From the NCBI RefSeq assembly GCF_902713615.1, contig NC_052162.1:89136922-89200921 (forward strand): 64,000 nucleotides of DNA. The letters run 5' to 3'. The position numbers and the translations under genes are program-made. Each line of letters starts with the position of its first letter. Position 1 is the first letter of the stretch. The notes beneath the pieces are model-generated. The model saw nothing but the letters and a program-made list of their open reading frames with translations, did no database searches and had not been told where the DNA came from. Shown in pieces: positions 40,341 to 52,260 of this stretch. This DNA comes from Scyliorhinus canicula (lineage: Eukaryota).

Positions 40341-41478
40341 TTTCAAGTGGACATTCTAAGAAAGCCATATCTCCCTCTCCTCTATTCTCTCTCTCAGGCT
40401 GCAGCCGCACATAACATAGAACATAGAACAATACAGCACAGAGCAAGCCGTTCGGCCCACCATTTTGTGCCGATCACTTATCCTACTCTTAACCTCCTTC
40501 TCTCCAAGAAAATCAATCCCAATGTCTCCAATCCATTCAACACACACACTTATCGAATCTAAAAAGATGGGACAGGTTATGCTGAAGTGTGCCCATACAG
40601 CTGATGGGTTGGCTGAGGCCAGAGGGCACCCAGAGGGGTGCCCTGGGGAAGGGGAGGGGGGGTGGTCACCTATACGGCCCATGGCACCAGGTTTAAAACG
40701 GGCTGTCAGCGGCATGCGCAGCTGCACGGCTGCCTTGCCAGCTACGGTGATGGTGTTGCATACCCGTCCACCCCGGCCCTGTCAGAAAACCCTGTTGTAG
40801 CAATGGTAAAGGGAATATGAACTCTTATATTTTGAATAATCCCCAGGTTATTAAAGAAGGTACCACTGGAGAGTGAAGCTGGAGAAAGGGCTTATACACA
40901 CTACTTTTCAGTTCCTGCTTCTCACACTGCATATCGGCACACTACTCAATGAGTAGTGCATTGATCTCAATGAGTGCACAAAACAGCTTGTAATTCAACA
41001 GTAGGACTGAAATGTTCCGGTTTTTAATACTGGTGTGATCTTGCAGTCCCAACGGCAGAGGGGTGCATTCAGCGGGAAACCCTGTTGGCAACGGTGGGAC
41101 CAGCAGATCCTGCTGCTGACCAATGGCAGGCCTCCTCCACCGCCACAAAATACGTGGTGGGGCGTGCGGAAAATCCTGCCCGATGTTCCATGGGGAATGT
41201 ACTGCAATGCAGAAAGTATCTTTTTATATAAAGAATAATGCTGTGTACTCTACCTGAAGATGACTAAACTACCTTCCTGAGAGGTGAATGTTATTGGCCA
41301 AATGTTATTGTCATTTCAGTCAAAAGGTTAGAGCATTTAAACAATATCCTTATACCTTAATGTACATGATAAAATCTTCTATTTTTATGTATGATTTTTG
41401 ATGCAAAGTCATCTCTACAATTGAGATGCAAGAAAAACCTTGTTTTCATTTATTGGAATGTAATTTGTTGTTTTTAAG

Positions 41479-41598
41479 CTTTCAGTTTACAATGAACCTT
41501 CCACAAACTCTAAGTACGTCACTGAACAGCCTGGTTGGCTCCTGCAGCGGATTTCTGGTGCGAGACAAACAGTTCAACCATTTGCAGCTCAATGCAAG
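41479..41598 (+). CDS. APOOL: APOOL/MIC27 internal coding exon (probable exon 3), 120 nt, phase 0-0
   Basis: tttttaag|CTT...TGCAAG|gtact. Translates LSVYNEPSTNSKYVTEQPGWLLQRISGARQTVQPFAAQCK (cf. human LPIY...SKYVEEQPG...WCK); in frame with the previous exon. Confidence 0.92.
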
Positions 41599-42230
41599 GT
41601 ACTGTATAATCACCCATTTGCGTTTGCTTGTGGCTGTGTGTGTGCTGTAAAATTATTTGAGCCAAAAATTGTGCAAATATTTGTTACAACAAGATTCAAA
41701 ACGATAATACATTTCTTTTGAAATTCCAAATGTCAGCAAAGAGCCTCCAAATTGTTCTGTCACTACGATGGGTATTGAGCCAAGAAAATGACCTTGGGAA
41801 TGGGTATAGAATAGAAAGCGCCACTTGTTTATTTAAGGAAAAATCTGCTCCCATGAGAAAGATTAAAACATTAAAACATATTTACCTGTTAGGTCGCTGC
41901 AGCATGTGCAACTCTACTTAAATGGCTTTGTGACCACAATCTATTCATGTATTTAAATGATTTTACAAGGATACAATGGTCATAAAACATTCTTGTATTT
42001 TCTGAAAAAGAAGCATCTGGACACTGTTATGAATTAATAAAGCAGATCCTTATGAACACTGCATTGGTTGTACTTTATCTATGACTAAGTATCGGATCTG
42101 AAAGGATGGAAAGGTCTGATGAAAGTGTGCTGTTTTTGCCCAATTTTGGCTTGGTGCTTATGCATTTACTTCCAATCACAAACAATTGTTTTTTAAAAAA
42201 AGACTGAGTTTATGTTCCTGCAATAAACTT

Positions 42231-42578
42231 ATAGAACATTTATAGAATTTACAGTGCAGAAGGAGGCCATTCGGCCCATCGAGTCTGCACCGGCTCTTAG
42301 AAAGAGCATCCCACCCAAGCGCACACCTCCACCCTATCCCCAGTAACCCCACCCAACACTAAGGGCAATTTTGGACACTAAGGGCAATTTAGCATGGCCA
42401 ATCCACCTAACCTGCACATCTTTGGACTGTGGGAGGAAACCGGAGCACCCGGAGGAAACCCACGCGCACACTGGAAGAACGTGCAGACTCCGCACAGACA
42501 GTGACCCAGCGGGGAATCGAACCTGGGACCCTGGAGCTGTGAAGCAATTGTGCTAACCACTATGCTACCGTGCTGCCC
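42231..42578 (-). mobile_element. HE1-like SINE
   Basis: Full head, core and tail; internal duplication of ACACTAAGGGCAATTT. Confidence 0.9.
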
Positions 42579-42642
42579 AAATTTCATACAGTATTACCAA
42601 TTTTATTGATTAATGACTGGACAGAGGAATAATTCAAACATT

Positions 42643-42853
42643 TTAAAAAATAAATTTAGAGTACCCAATTCATTTTTATTTCAATTAAGGGGCAATTTAG
42701 TGTGGCCAATCCACCTAGCTTGCACATTTTTGGATTGTGGGAGTGAAACCCATGCAAACACAGGGAGAATGTGCAAACTCCACATGGACAGTGACTCAGA
42801 GCCGGGATCGAACCATGGACCTGTGCTAACCCACTGCACCACCGTGCTGCCCT
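42643..42853 (-). mobile_element. short A/T-tailed SINE variant with 17-bp TSD
   Basis: TSD GGAATAATTCAAACATT at 42626-42642 and 42854-42870. Confidence 0.9.
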
Positions 42854-43119
42854 GGAATAATTCAAACATTAATTAAATTCAATCATTGCAAATTGTTTCA
42901 CACTGTAAATGACTGACTTGTTCCCGTTATAATTGTAAGTGTTTGGAAAATGCAATGCTACAAGGGGTGATAATTTCCTAGGATTATTAATTTCAAAAAA
43001 ACTGAGCAGTTTGAAATTGATGAAATAGAATTGTAATTTTCCAGAAATAGTTTACATAAATATGTCCTACAGTGGTAAGAAATGTAAAAGTCTTATTTAA
43101 GGGCTAGCTTGTTGAGTTA

Positions 43120-44760
43120 TGGAGCCATGACTTTACAGCACAGAAAGAGGCCCTTCAGCCCATCGTATCTGTGCTGGCCCTCAAACAGCTATCCGAATCC
43201 TATTTTCCAGCACTTGGGCTGTAGCTTTGTATGCTATGAAATTTCAAGTACTCAGCTAAATGCTTCTGAAGTGCTGTGAGGCTTCCTGCCTCTACCCAGA
43301 ATTTCAGGCAGTGAGTTCCAGATTCCCACCACCTTCTAGGTGGAAAGGTTTCCCCTCAAATCCCCTCTAAATTACCTGCTCCTTATCTTAAATCTTACGC
43401 CCCCTGGTTCTTGACCCCTCTACGAAGAGGTCTTCCTATCTACCCCATTTATAAACCTCATAATTTTGTACATCTCAATGAGGTCCCCCTTCGGCCTTCT
43501 CTTCATAGCTGAAACACTCCAGCCAAGGCACCAGGTGAATCCCCTCTTCACCCTTTCTAGTGCAATCACATCCTTCCGACCAGAATCGCACACAGTGCAC
43601 CACCTCTGACCTAATGAGCATTTTGTACAGCTCCATCATAACCTCCCTGTTCTCATATTCTGTGCCTTGGCTAATAATGGTAAGTATATTATCTACCTCC
43701 AGGAATCTTGGACATGCACACCAAGGTTCCTCGGGTCCTCTGTATTTCCTACCATCGTGGACGGCACGGTAGCACAGTAGTTAGCACTGTTGCTTCACAG
43801 CTCCAGGGTCCCACGTTCGATTCCTAGCTTGGGTGTCTGTGTGGAGTCTGCATGTTCTCCCGTGCCTGCGTGGATTTTCTCCGGTCGCTCCGGTTTCCTC
43901 CCATAGTCCGAAGATGTGCAAGGTTAGGTGGATTGGCCATGCTAAATTGCCCTTCTTGTCCAAAATAGGTTAGGTGGGGTTACTGGTTTATGGGGATGGG
44001 GTGGAGGTGTGGGCTTCGGTGGAGTGCTCATTCCAAGGGCAGTGCAGACTCGATGAGCCAAATGGCCTCCTGCACTGTAAGTTCTATGATCATACTGTCA
44101 ATTGTGTTGTCCGTACCTTGTTAGTCCTCCCAAAATGCATCGCCTCTCACTTTTGTGTGGTTAAATTCCATTTGCAACTGTTCTGCAATCTAAGGTTTTG
44201 CCACTCACTATTTGCCACACCACCAATGTTTGTGTCAGCTGTAAAATTACCTCTTACTTTTGTGTCTAGATCATTAGTGTACACTACGAGCACCAAGAAA
44301 TCAGCACCAATCCCTGTGGTACACTACTGGACACAGGCTTCCAGTCACAAAAACAACCGTTGACCATCATCCTCTCCCTCCTGCCGCTGAATCAATTTTT
44401 GATCACATTTTCCAAATTGCACTGGTTCCCATGGCTCCCTTCTTGACCAATCTAAAATGCTGGTGTCAAAAGGCTTAAGAAGTCCATGGGGAAAACACCA
44501 CTTGGCTCCCCTCATCTACACACATAGTGACCACCTCGAAAAATTCAATCAAGTTTGTTCAACATAATTTCCCCCTGCCACAGCCACGCTGACTATCCAT
44601 GATTGATCTTTTGCGACTCCCAAGTGGAAATTACTTCTATCCCTCAAAGTTTTCCAATTATTTCCCTGCCATTGATGTTAGACTCTGTCCTGTAATTATC
44701 TGGTTTTTCCTACTTCCCTTCTTAAATAATGACCCAGTTGTGATCTTTTGCCTAACGAGG
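43120..44760 (-). mobile_element. degenerate CR1 LINE with nested + strand SINE (~43763-44090)
   Basis: CR1 3' tail at ~43125; NLIEFFE-type RT remnant near 44540. Confidence 0.75.
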
Positions 44761-45413
44761 AGTACATCATTCATTTTCTAGTCTATATAAATTATTGTTA
44801 GATTAGTTAAATATTCATGAATAAATGAAGCAAATATGGAGTTCCCGACTGCAGCAAGCCCTCACTTAAAGTTATGGTTATGATCCTGAAAATCGCAACT
44901 TTAAATGACACAACTTTGTGAATCATGGGCTCTCAAAGGAGCCAAAGTTAAGTTGCTTTGGATATTTCAGGCCAAGAAAAATCAATTTACACATTCAAAT
45001 ACATACACATACATTTGCATAGTTTGTATTCATAGCTGCAATAGCTTGCAAAATAGAAAGATGGGGTTACAGGGATAAGGTGGGGAATGTGCCTAGGTAG
45101 ACTGCTGTCAGAGAGCCAGTGTAGACACGTTGGGCCGAATAGCCTCCTGCACTGTGGCGATTCTATGAAAAATCAGTGAATATACCTAAAATCCTACATA
45201 CATTGAAATTAAATAACACTAAATCATCCACACAACTGAGTAGCACAGTTTCTCTGCCTGACTCACAGCACTCTTGAAACTCAGCTCAGCATTTTGCTTG
45301 CCTTCTTTTCCCAATCTGTGTCTCCCTCCCTCTGTGTCCCTCTCTCTTGTCCCAGTCTGTTTGTATCTCAATCTCACTGTGTCTCTCTCTCTCTCTCTCC
45401 TTTCTCACTCTCT

Positions 45414-45544
45414 NNNNNNNNNNNNNNNNNNNNNNNNNNNNNNNNNNNNNNNNNNNNNNNNNNNNNNNNNNNNNNNNNNNNNNNNNNNNNNNNNNNNNNN
45501 NNNNNNNNNNNNNNNNNNNNNNNNNNNNNNNNNNNNNNNNNNNN
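45414..45544. other. assembly gap (131 N) after CT-rich low-complexity tract
   Basis: Run of N. Confidence 1.
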
Positions 45545-45718
45545 AGGAGCAGAATTAGGCCACTTGGCCCATCGAGTCTGCTCCGCCATTCAATCATGGC
45601 TGATATTTTCTCATCCCCATTCTCCCCATCTCTCCTTCCTTCTCTCCTTTCCCACTCTGTCTCTGCCCTTGTCCTGCAGGGTGCTGAACAAGGCGATTTG
45701 GAGGGGTTGGGGTTTGTT

Positions 45719-46037
45719 CATAGAATGTACGGTGCTGAAGGAGGCCATTCGGACCATCGAGTCTGAACCAGCCCTTGGAAAGAGCACCCCACCCAAGCCC
45801 ACACCTCCACCCTATCCATGTAACCCAGTAAACACACTTTACCTTTTTGGACACTAAGGCCAATTTAGCATGGCCAATCCACCTAATCTGCACATCTTTG
45901 AACTGAGAGAGGAAACCGGAGCACCCAGAGGAATCCCACGCTCAGATGGGGAAAACGTGCAGACTCTGCACAGATAGTAATGCAAGCTGGGAATCGAACC
46001 TGGGACTCTGGAGCTGTGAAGCAACTGTGCTACCGGG
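45719..46037 (-). mobile_element. HE1-like SINE
   Basis: Reverse-complement core and tail. Confidence 0.85.
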
Positions 46038-46985
46038 TTGCAGCAATGGAGTTGGGAGGGCCTCACAAGAAGGTAGTGTGGGGGGAGAAGCTTTGCCCCT
46101 CCCAACCTACACACCCCCAGGTTTCTCACTGTGTCATCTGATCAGCGGCCGACAGCTTCCCATCCCTGACCTGAATTCCTGATCCAGGATCACGAGCCTC
46201 GATTTTTCTCTCCCCGTAACCTGAGCCTTTGGTGATGGCGGGTCCAGCATCACAATGTGGCGGGGCCAGAGTTCAAATGATATAAAATCCTAAATGACAA
46301 AGTAAATCAAAAAGAAAGGTCCCAAAGAGTATTCAAGTGAAATAACTTATCGGGGGTGAAATATAGTAAGGACTGGAATGGGACTTATGGAGTTATCGGA
46401 GACCAGACTAGTAGCTGTGCTCCTACCTCTAGTTTCTTATTCAAAATCACAGTTAGCACTCATCCTCGAGAGAAATCTGAACCCAAACTGCTTCAGAATT
46501 GGAAGGGTGTAAAAGCCTCAAATGTGGAATGGTGCTACTGTAGTATCTGTTGCCAGTGCATTCAGGAAGTCAAACTAAATACAAATTGCAGTTCCAAAGG
46601 GTAATAGATGTGATCGTGGTGATTCTGAGTGTCAAAACCTTGAATTTCCTGTGTGTGCATTGTGGAACCTAGACCCAAAACTGTGTCCATTCCTGCACCC
46701 ATTCTCCCAATCCCAACATATGCAACAATCGCAATATCCTGTCAATCAAAATAGAACATGCCTGAATGTAAAATCGGATGTCAATAGGGCATATTATAAA
46801 GTGTCTTAATTGCACCATTTAAGCAAATCAAATGCAATGAAACAGAAGTTTTAAATCTAAGAACTCAGGAGTAGGAGAATCAAGTGGAACTTTCCTACTT
46901 GAAAAATAAGAGTCTTGATATATTACTGAAGGAGGTTATTAAAGAAGACAGTACATATGAGTATATGACGGTCAATAGTTTTGGT

Positions 46986-47557
46986 CAGTGTGTTTTTCCA
47001 GGGACTAATTTTTACCACGCCAGCCGATCTTCGCGACCCACATTTTTTCTTGCCTTGTTTGCTGCTGACAAAATGGGGGAATCGCAACGGGAGAAGGCCC
47101 AATGCACGTGATGTCGACATTCGGGAGTTCTGAACTGTTCTGCCTCCCTTCGGGCAGGAAGATTACTTTGAATTTAAAAAAAAAATCTTGTCCTGCGTCT
47201 CAAATTGCGCAAATTTGCGCGCAACAGCCGGCTTTTAACACTGTCGGCTGTGAGCAGCCTTCAAAATGATGTCTGCAACCATATTAAAAAAAAATGCAGG
47301 CGCACTGTGCATGCCTGCCCGCTCATCGGTGCGCATGCGCAGTCTGAGCATGCGTACTGATGACCGGGTACGCATGTGCAGTACTCCTGCATTTTTTTCA
47401 CATGGTCCCGGCCATCATTTTGAAGGCCGCTCGCAGCCGGCATTGTCAAAAACCGGCTGTTGTGTACAAATTTGCGCAATCGAGGAGCGCCGCGATGCAC
47501 GGCTCCGCAACCCTCCCGACACCTGCCCGCGAACCACCCCGACTTTGAAAATGCCTG
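46986..47557. mobile_element. non-autonomous hAT-like element with internal ~277-bp imperfect palindrome
   Basis: Starts CAGTG and ends TTTGAAAATGCCTG; flanks GTTTTGGT / GGTTAGGT (6/8 match, possible decayed TSD); inverted repeat at 47204-47480. Confidence 0.6.
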
Positions 47558-48440
47558 GGTTAGGTTGATGTCTGAATAACGATTCAAATGCTGTTTCCTG
47601 TTCCTAAAACTTAAAGTTCATTCTTTACTGCAAAGGTAGTTTGTGTTAGTAAACCATCCTTTATTATTGTTATGCCATGAGATTTTGTATGTCTTTCACA
47701 TTCGTCGTTTGTGCTGGTGATAGGTCCATTTTCAAATACAGCCAAATATTAATTCTTCATTTTTTTTTGCCATTAAGCTCTCACTTCACATTGCTGAATT
47801 TTAATTGTCAAATGCTTCAGCTTTTCTGTTTAGCACACCATGAAATTGAATTGACAACATTTGTCGATATTTAAAAATGGTTTAAATGTGCAATGTGCCA
47901 TTCACTTTTTATTTAAGGCAGCGTTGCTGCGGAGCATCATTTGTTTGAAAGAGGTCTATTGTTCTCATTGTGGAGTATTGGTCACTTATTAAAATTGAAG
48001 TTTTTCCTCTCTTGCATTGTTTCACTGTGTTGCCGGTGTGGTTTTACTTATTTATTTTGGGTTTAAGTGTATTTCTGCTCCTTGTTTACATGAACTGCTG
48101 GAACTGTTGGTGTAGAAAATGGTAGCAATTGTTTAATGTTCCACAGAGGCCTCACTTTCACTGCCACAAGATATATTATGCCTCCATGTCAGCTGAAGGT
48201 ATGTTTCACTATCTCTTCACAAATTGCTTCAAGCATGTCCAGCCCCTGTATCATTGTTGTCACAACATTTTATGACTGCCTACCACCATAAAGTTGGATT
48301 CTGTCAGCAGCGATTAATACTTTTAATGACTATACATTAACATCAGTGAATGTTAATTAAGAAATGTTCTTCCATTTAAATTTTTCTTTTTACCACTTTC
48401 CCATACAGTCATTTTCTTGCTTGATTTATTTCCATTCTCT

Positions 48441-50203
48441 TTTTTTTTTAAAATAATTTTTATTGGAATTTTTTACAGAAAATATAAAACATAACGACAA
48501 ACAATGAAATGCAACAAAATAACCCATAATAACTGTAACACCCCCCAGACCGTATCGACGCATGTATCACATCCCCCCAACCCCAATGAACAACAAAAGA
48601 ACTTAAAAATAAATTAAAATTAAATAAACAAACATAGTCATCGTCCCCCCCCCCCTTTTCCCTCCCCCTCCCCCCGGGTTGCTGCTGCTACTGTCCCCGT
48701 ACCCTATCGTTGAGCCAGAAAGTCGAGGAAAGGTTGCCACCGCCTAAAGAACCCTTGTACCGACCCTCTCAGGGCGAATTTGACCTTCTCTAGCTTAATG
48801 AAACCCGCCATGTCATTGATCCAGGCCTCCACGCTTGGGGGCCTCGCATCCTTCCATTGTAGCAAGATCCTTCGCCGGGCTACTAGGGACGCAAAGGCCA
48901 GCACACCGGCCTCTTTCGCCTCCTGCACTCCCGGCTCCACCCCAACCCCAAAAATCGCGAGTCCCCAGCCTGGCTTGACCCTGGATCCCACCACCCTCGA
49001 CACCGTCCTCGTCACCCCCTTCCAGAACGCCTCCAGTGCCGGGCATGCCCAGAACATGGCATGGTTCGCTGGACTCCCCGAGCACCTAACACACCTGTCT
49101 TCACCCCCAAAGCACCTACTCATCCTCGTCCCAGTCATGTGGGCCCGGTGCAGCACCTTGAATTGGATGAGGCTAAGCCGCACACATGAGGAGGAAGAGT
49201 TAACCCCCTCCAGGACATCAGCCCATGTCCCGTCTTCGATCTGTTCCCCCAGTTCCCCCTCCCACTTAGCTTTCAGCTCCTCTACTGATGCCTCCTCCGC
49301 CTCCTGCATAACCTTGTAGATATCAGATATCTTCCCCTCTCCGACCCAGACCCCCGAAAGCACCCTGTCACTCACCCCCCTCGCGGGAAGCAAAGGGAAT
49401 CCCTCCACCTGCCGTCTAGCAAATGCCTTTACCTGCAGATACCTGAACATGTTTCCCGGGGGGAGCCCAAATTTCTCCTCCAACTCCCCCAGGCTCGCAA
49501 ACCTCCCATCAATAAACAGGTCCCTCAGCTGTCTGATGCCCGCTCTGTGCCAACCCTGAAATCCCCCATCAATGTTCCCCGGGACGAACCTATGGTTCCC
49601 CCTTAACGGAGCCTCCATCGAGCCCCCCACTTCTCCCCTATGTCGCCTCCACTGCCCCCAAATCTTGAGGGTAGCCGCCACCACCGGACTCATGGTATAC
49701 CTCGTAGGAGGGAGCGGCCACGGCGCTGTTACCAGGGCCCTAGGCTTGTATCTCCACAGGACGCCCTCTCCATCCGTTTCCATGCTGCCCCCTCCCCCTC
49801 CATTACCCATAGAACATAGAACAGTACAGCACAGAACAGGCCCTTCGGCCCTCGATGTTGTGCCGAGCAATGATCACCCTACTCAAACCCACGTATCCCA
49901 ACAACCCCACCCCCCCCTTAACCTTACTTTTAGGACACTACGGGCAATTTAGCATTGCCAATCCACCTAACCCGCACATCTTTGGAATGTGGGAGGAAAC
50001 CGGAGCACCCGGAGGAAACCCACGCACACACGGGGAGGACGTGCAGACAGTGACCCAGCCGGGAACCGAACCTGGGACCCTGGAGCTGTGAAGCATTTAT
50101 GTTAACCACCATGCTGCCCCCTTGCGCACCATCGACACATTGGCTGCCCAATAATACCCCGAGAGATTGGATAACGCCCCCCCCCCACCCCGCTCCAAGA
50201 AGA
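48441..50203 (-). mobile_element. L1/Tx1 LINE 3' part with nested SINE 49810-50120
   Basis: ORF 48704-49870 is the ORF2 C-terminus; exact 15-bp TSD TTATTTCCATTCTCT (48426-48440, 50204-50218). Confidence 0.95.
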
Positions 50204-50959
50204 TTATTTCCATTCTCTATCTCACTATTTGTATTGAAAGTTTCTGTCAGCTCCCATATCTTTTTTAACCTCTCCCCATTTCTATTAAACAGTTAATCGT
50301 TTTCTCCCTTTTTTTGTGCATTGAGCAAAGCTGGCTTTTACTAAGCCGGCATGATCCATGTCTTCCTGGCTGTCATGTTCTAAAGAAATAAACCAAAGCT
50401 AAGAATTTTTGTTAACCTGCCCACTGCATAATTTTTATATTGATATGGATCACTATCAAATGGGTTAGCAACCTTATTTTTTTTCAATCTTTCATCAATA
50501 AAGCCCCAGTAATCTATTACGGGAATGTTTTTCTCATTCAACTGCCCCAGTAACTTCCACATTTTGATGGACGTAAAAGGTCGGTTTTGGACACAAAGAG
50601 AAACCGATTATTTAAAATTGGGTCTGTACTACATCAGACCAGTAAAATATGTGAAGCGCAATGTTTACTTGCATAAATTTCAACAGGAAGCCAAATATTT
50701 GCATCTGCTCAGTTTTCACCTCGGTAGACTCAAACAGAAGATTATTGAACGTTTTATTACTAAAACACTTTGATGTTTTAAATGGTACATTAGCTGGGGA
50801 AAAGTTGTATTCCAGTGCCTAGGTAAGCCTGGATAGAAAGATGAAGGAAAGGGATGGAAGAAGTTGACAGCAGAAGAATGGACCCTGGGTCTGTGAAGCA
50901 TGGTACTATCTGGGGTGCCAAGAAACATAGAGAAGACTGTTTTAGGAAACTGTTAAATC

Positions 50960-52260
50960 AACAAAAACTTGCATTTATATAGCTCCTTCACTTAGCAAAT
51001 CGTCCAAAAGTGCTTCATGGGCGATGTTAATCCAAGCCACAGAGGGAGAAAGCAGGATAAGAGACAAAAGTTTGTCAAAGTAGGTTGTCAAAGGAGAAGT
51101 GAGAGGTGTAGCATCTGAGCAGTTTTGGGGGGGAAATCTAAAGTTTAGGACCTAAGCTGCTGAAAGCATGGCCATCAATGGTGGAGCATTTAAAATCAGG
51201 GGCGTGCAAGTTGCCAGTATAGAGGGGTTTAGAGCTCTCGAACATTGAGCTGGAGAATATTCATCATAGGGATGTAGGGTTTGAAAAAAGATTTATTAAA
51301 AATTAAAACAGGACCTAGTGTAGGCCTTGAGCACCGGGATGAAGGGTGAATTAAATTTGGTGTGAGATAGGACACGCACAGTGTTTTAGTCGAGTACAAC
51401 TTTAAGGAGAGTGGGAAATGGGAGGCTGACAAGGAATGCATTACAATCATCAAATCTGGGGCTAACAAAGCATGGATGTGGGTTTCAGTTGCAGATGAGT
51501 TGAGGGCGAGTTGGGCAATGTTGTGATGGTAGAAGTATGCAGTCTTGCTGGTGGTTTGGTTCAATCTCTTTCAGTTGCCAGGAAGAATGGAATCAGTGGC
51601 TGGGCAGCAGAGCAAACTGAAAACACTGACTTTGGGCTTCCCAGTGTTTAGTTGGAGAAAATTTCAGTTAATCCAATACTGGATGGCAAACAATCAGGCT
51701 GACAAATCCGAGAAGGCGAGGGAGCAAGAGAAGTGGTGACGAGATAGGCTGAGTGTCCTCAACTTGCATATGAGACCTGACGCCATGTTTTCGGACGATA
51801 TCTCTCAAGGGGCAGTGTGTCAATGAGAAATAGAAAGGAACCAAAGATAGAATCTTGAATGAATCCAGCATAACTGCAGGAATGGAAAGAGATGCCATTG
51901 CTGGCAATTCTCTGGTTGCAATTGGATACTGAAGAATGGAAGTGAGTGAGAGCAGCCCCACCCAGCTGGGCAATGGAGAAGAGGATGGTGTGGTCAACCA
52001 TGTTGTAGACTACAGGTGAGTTGAGGAGGGAAAATTCCCCACGGGCACATAGAATGTCATTTGTGATTTTGGTCAGTACCATTTCAGTACTACGGCAGAG
52101 ATGGAAACCTGATTTGGTCAAATAGCAGAAAAGACGGCACTGATTTGGGAGGTGGCAGGTTGGAGGATATTTTGAGTATAAACAGAATCTGGAATTGTAT
52201 CTCTTGATGTAACAATGAAGACAAAATGCCACCGGGAACATTTTCCGAAGCATTGCCACT
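50960..52260 (-). mobile_element. L2 LINE remnant
   Basis: SGF..CRSTEMVLTKITNDIL, VDHTIL, SHMQVEDTQ motifs; tail GCTATATAAATGCAAGTT. Confidence 0.8.

Noticed and set aside
40847-40935. Extra APOOL exon after CCCCAG
   Set aside because: Stop codon in the phase-0 frame, no homology, and exons 2 and 3 already join seamlessly.
45274-45857. ORFs spanning the N run
   Set aside because: Artefacts of the assembly gap and CT-rich low complexity.
48704-49870. 388-aa ORF as a host or novel gene
   Set aside because: It is the L1 ORF2 C-terminus fused by chance to SINE tail codons; the same artefact occurs at 35680 and 63305.
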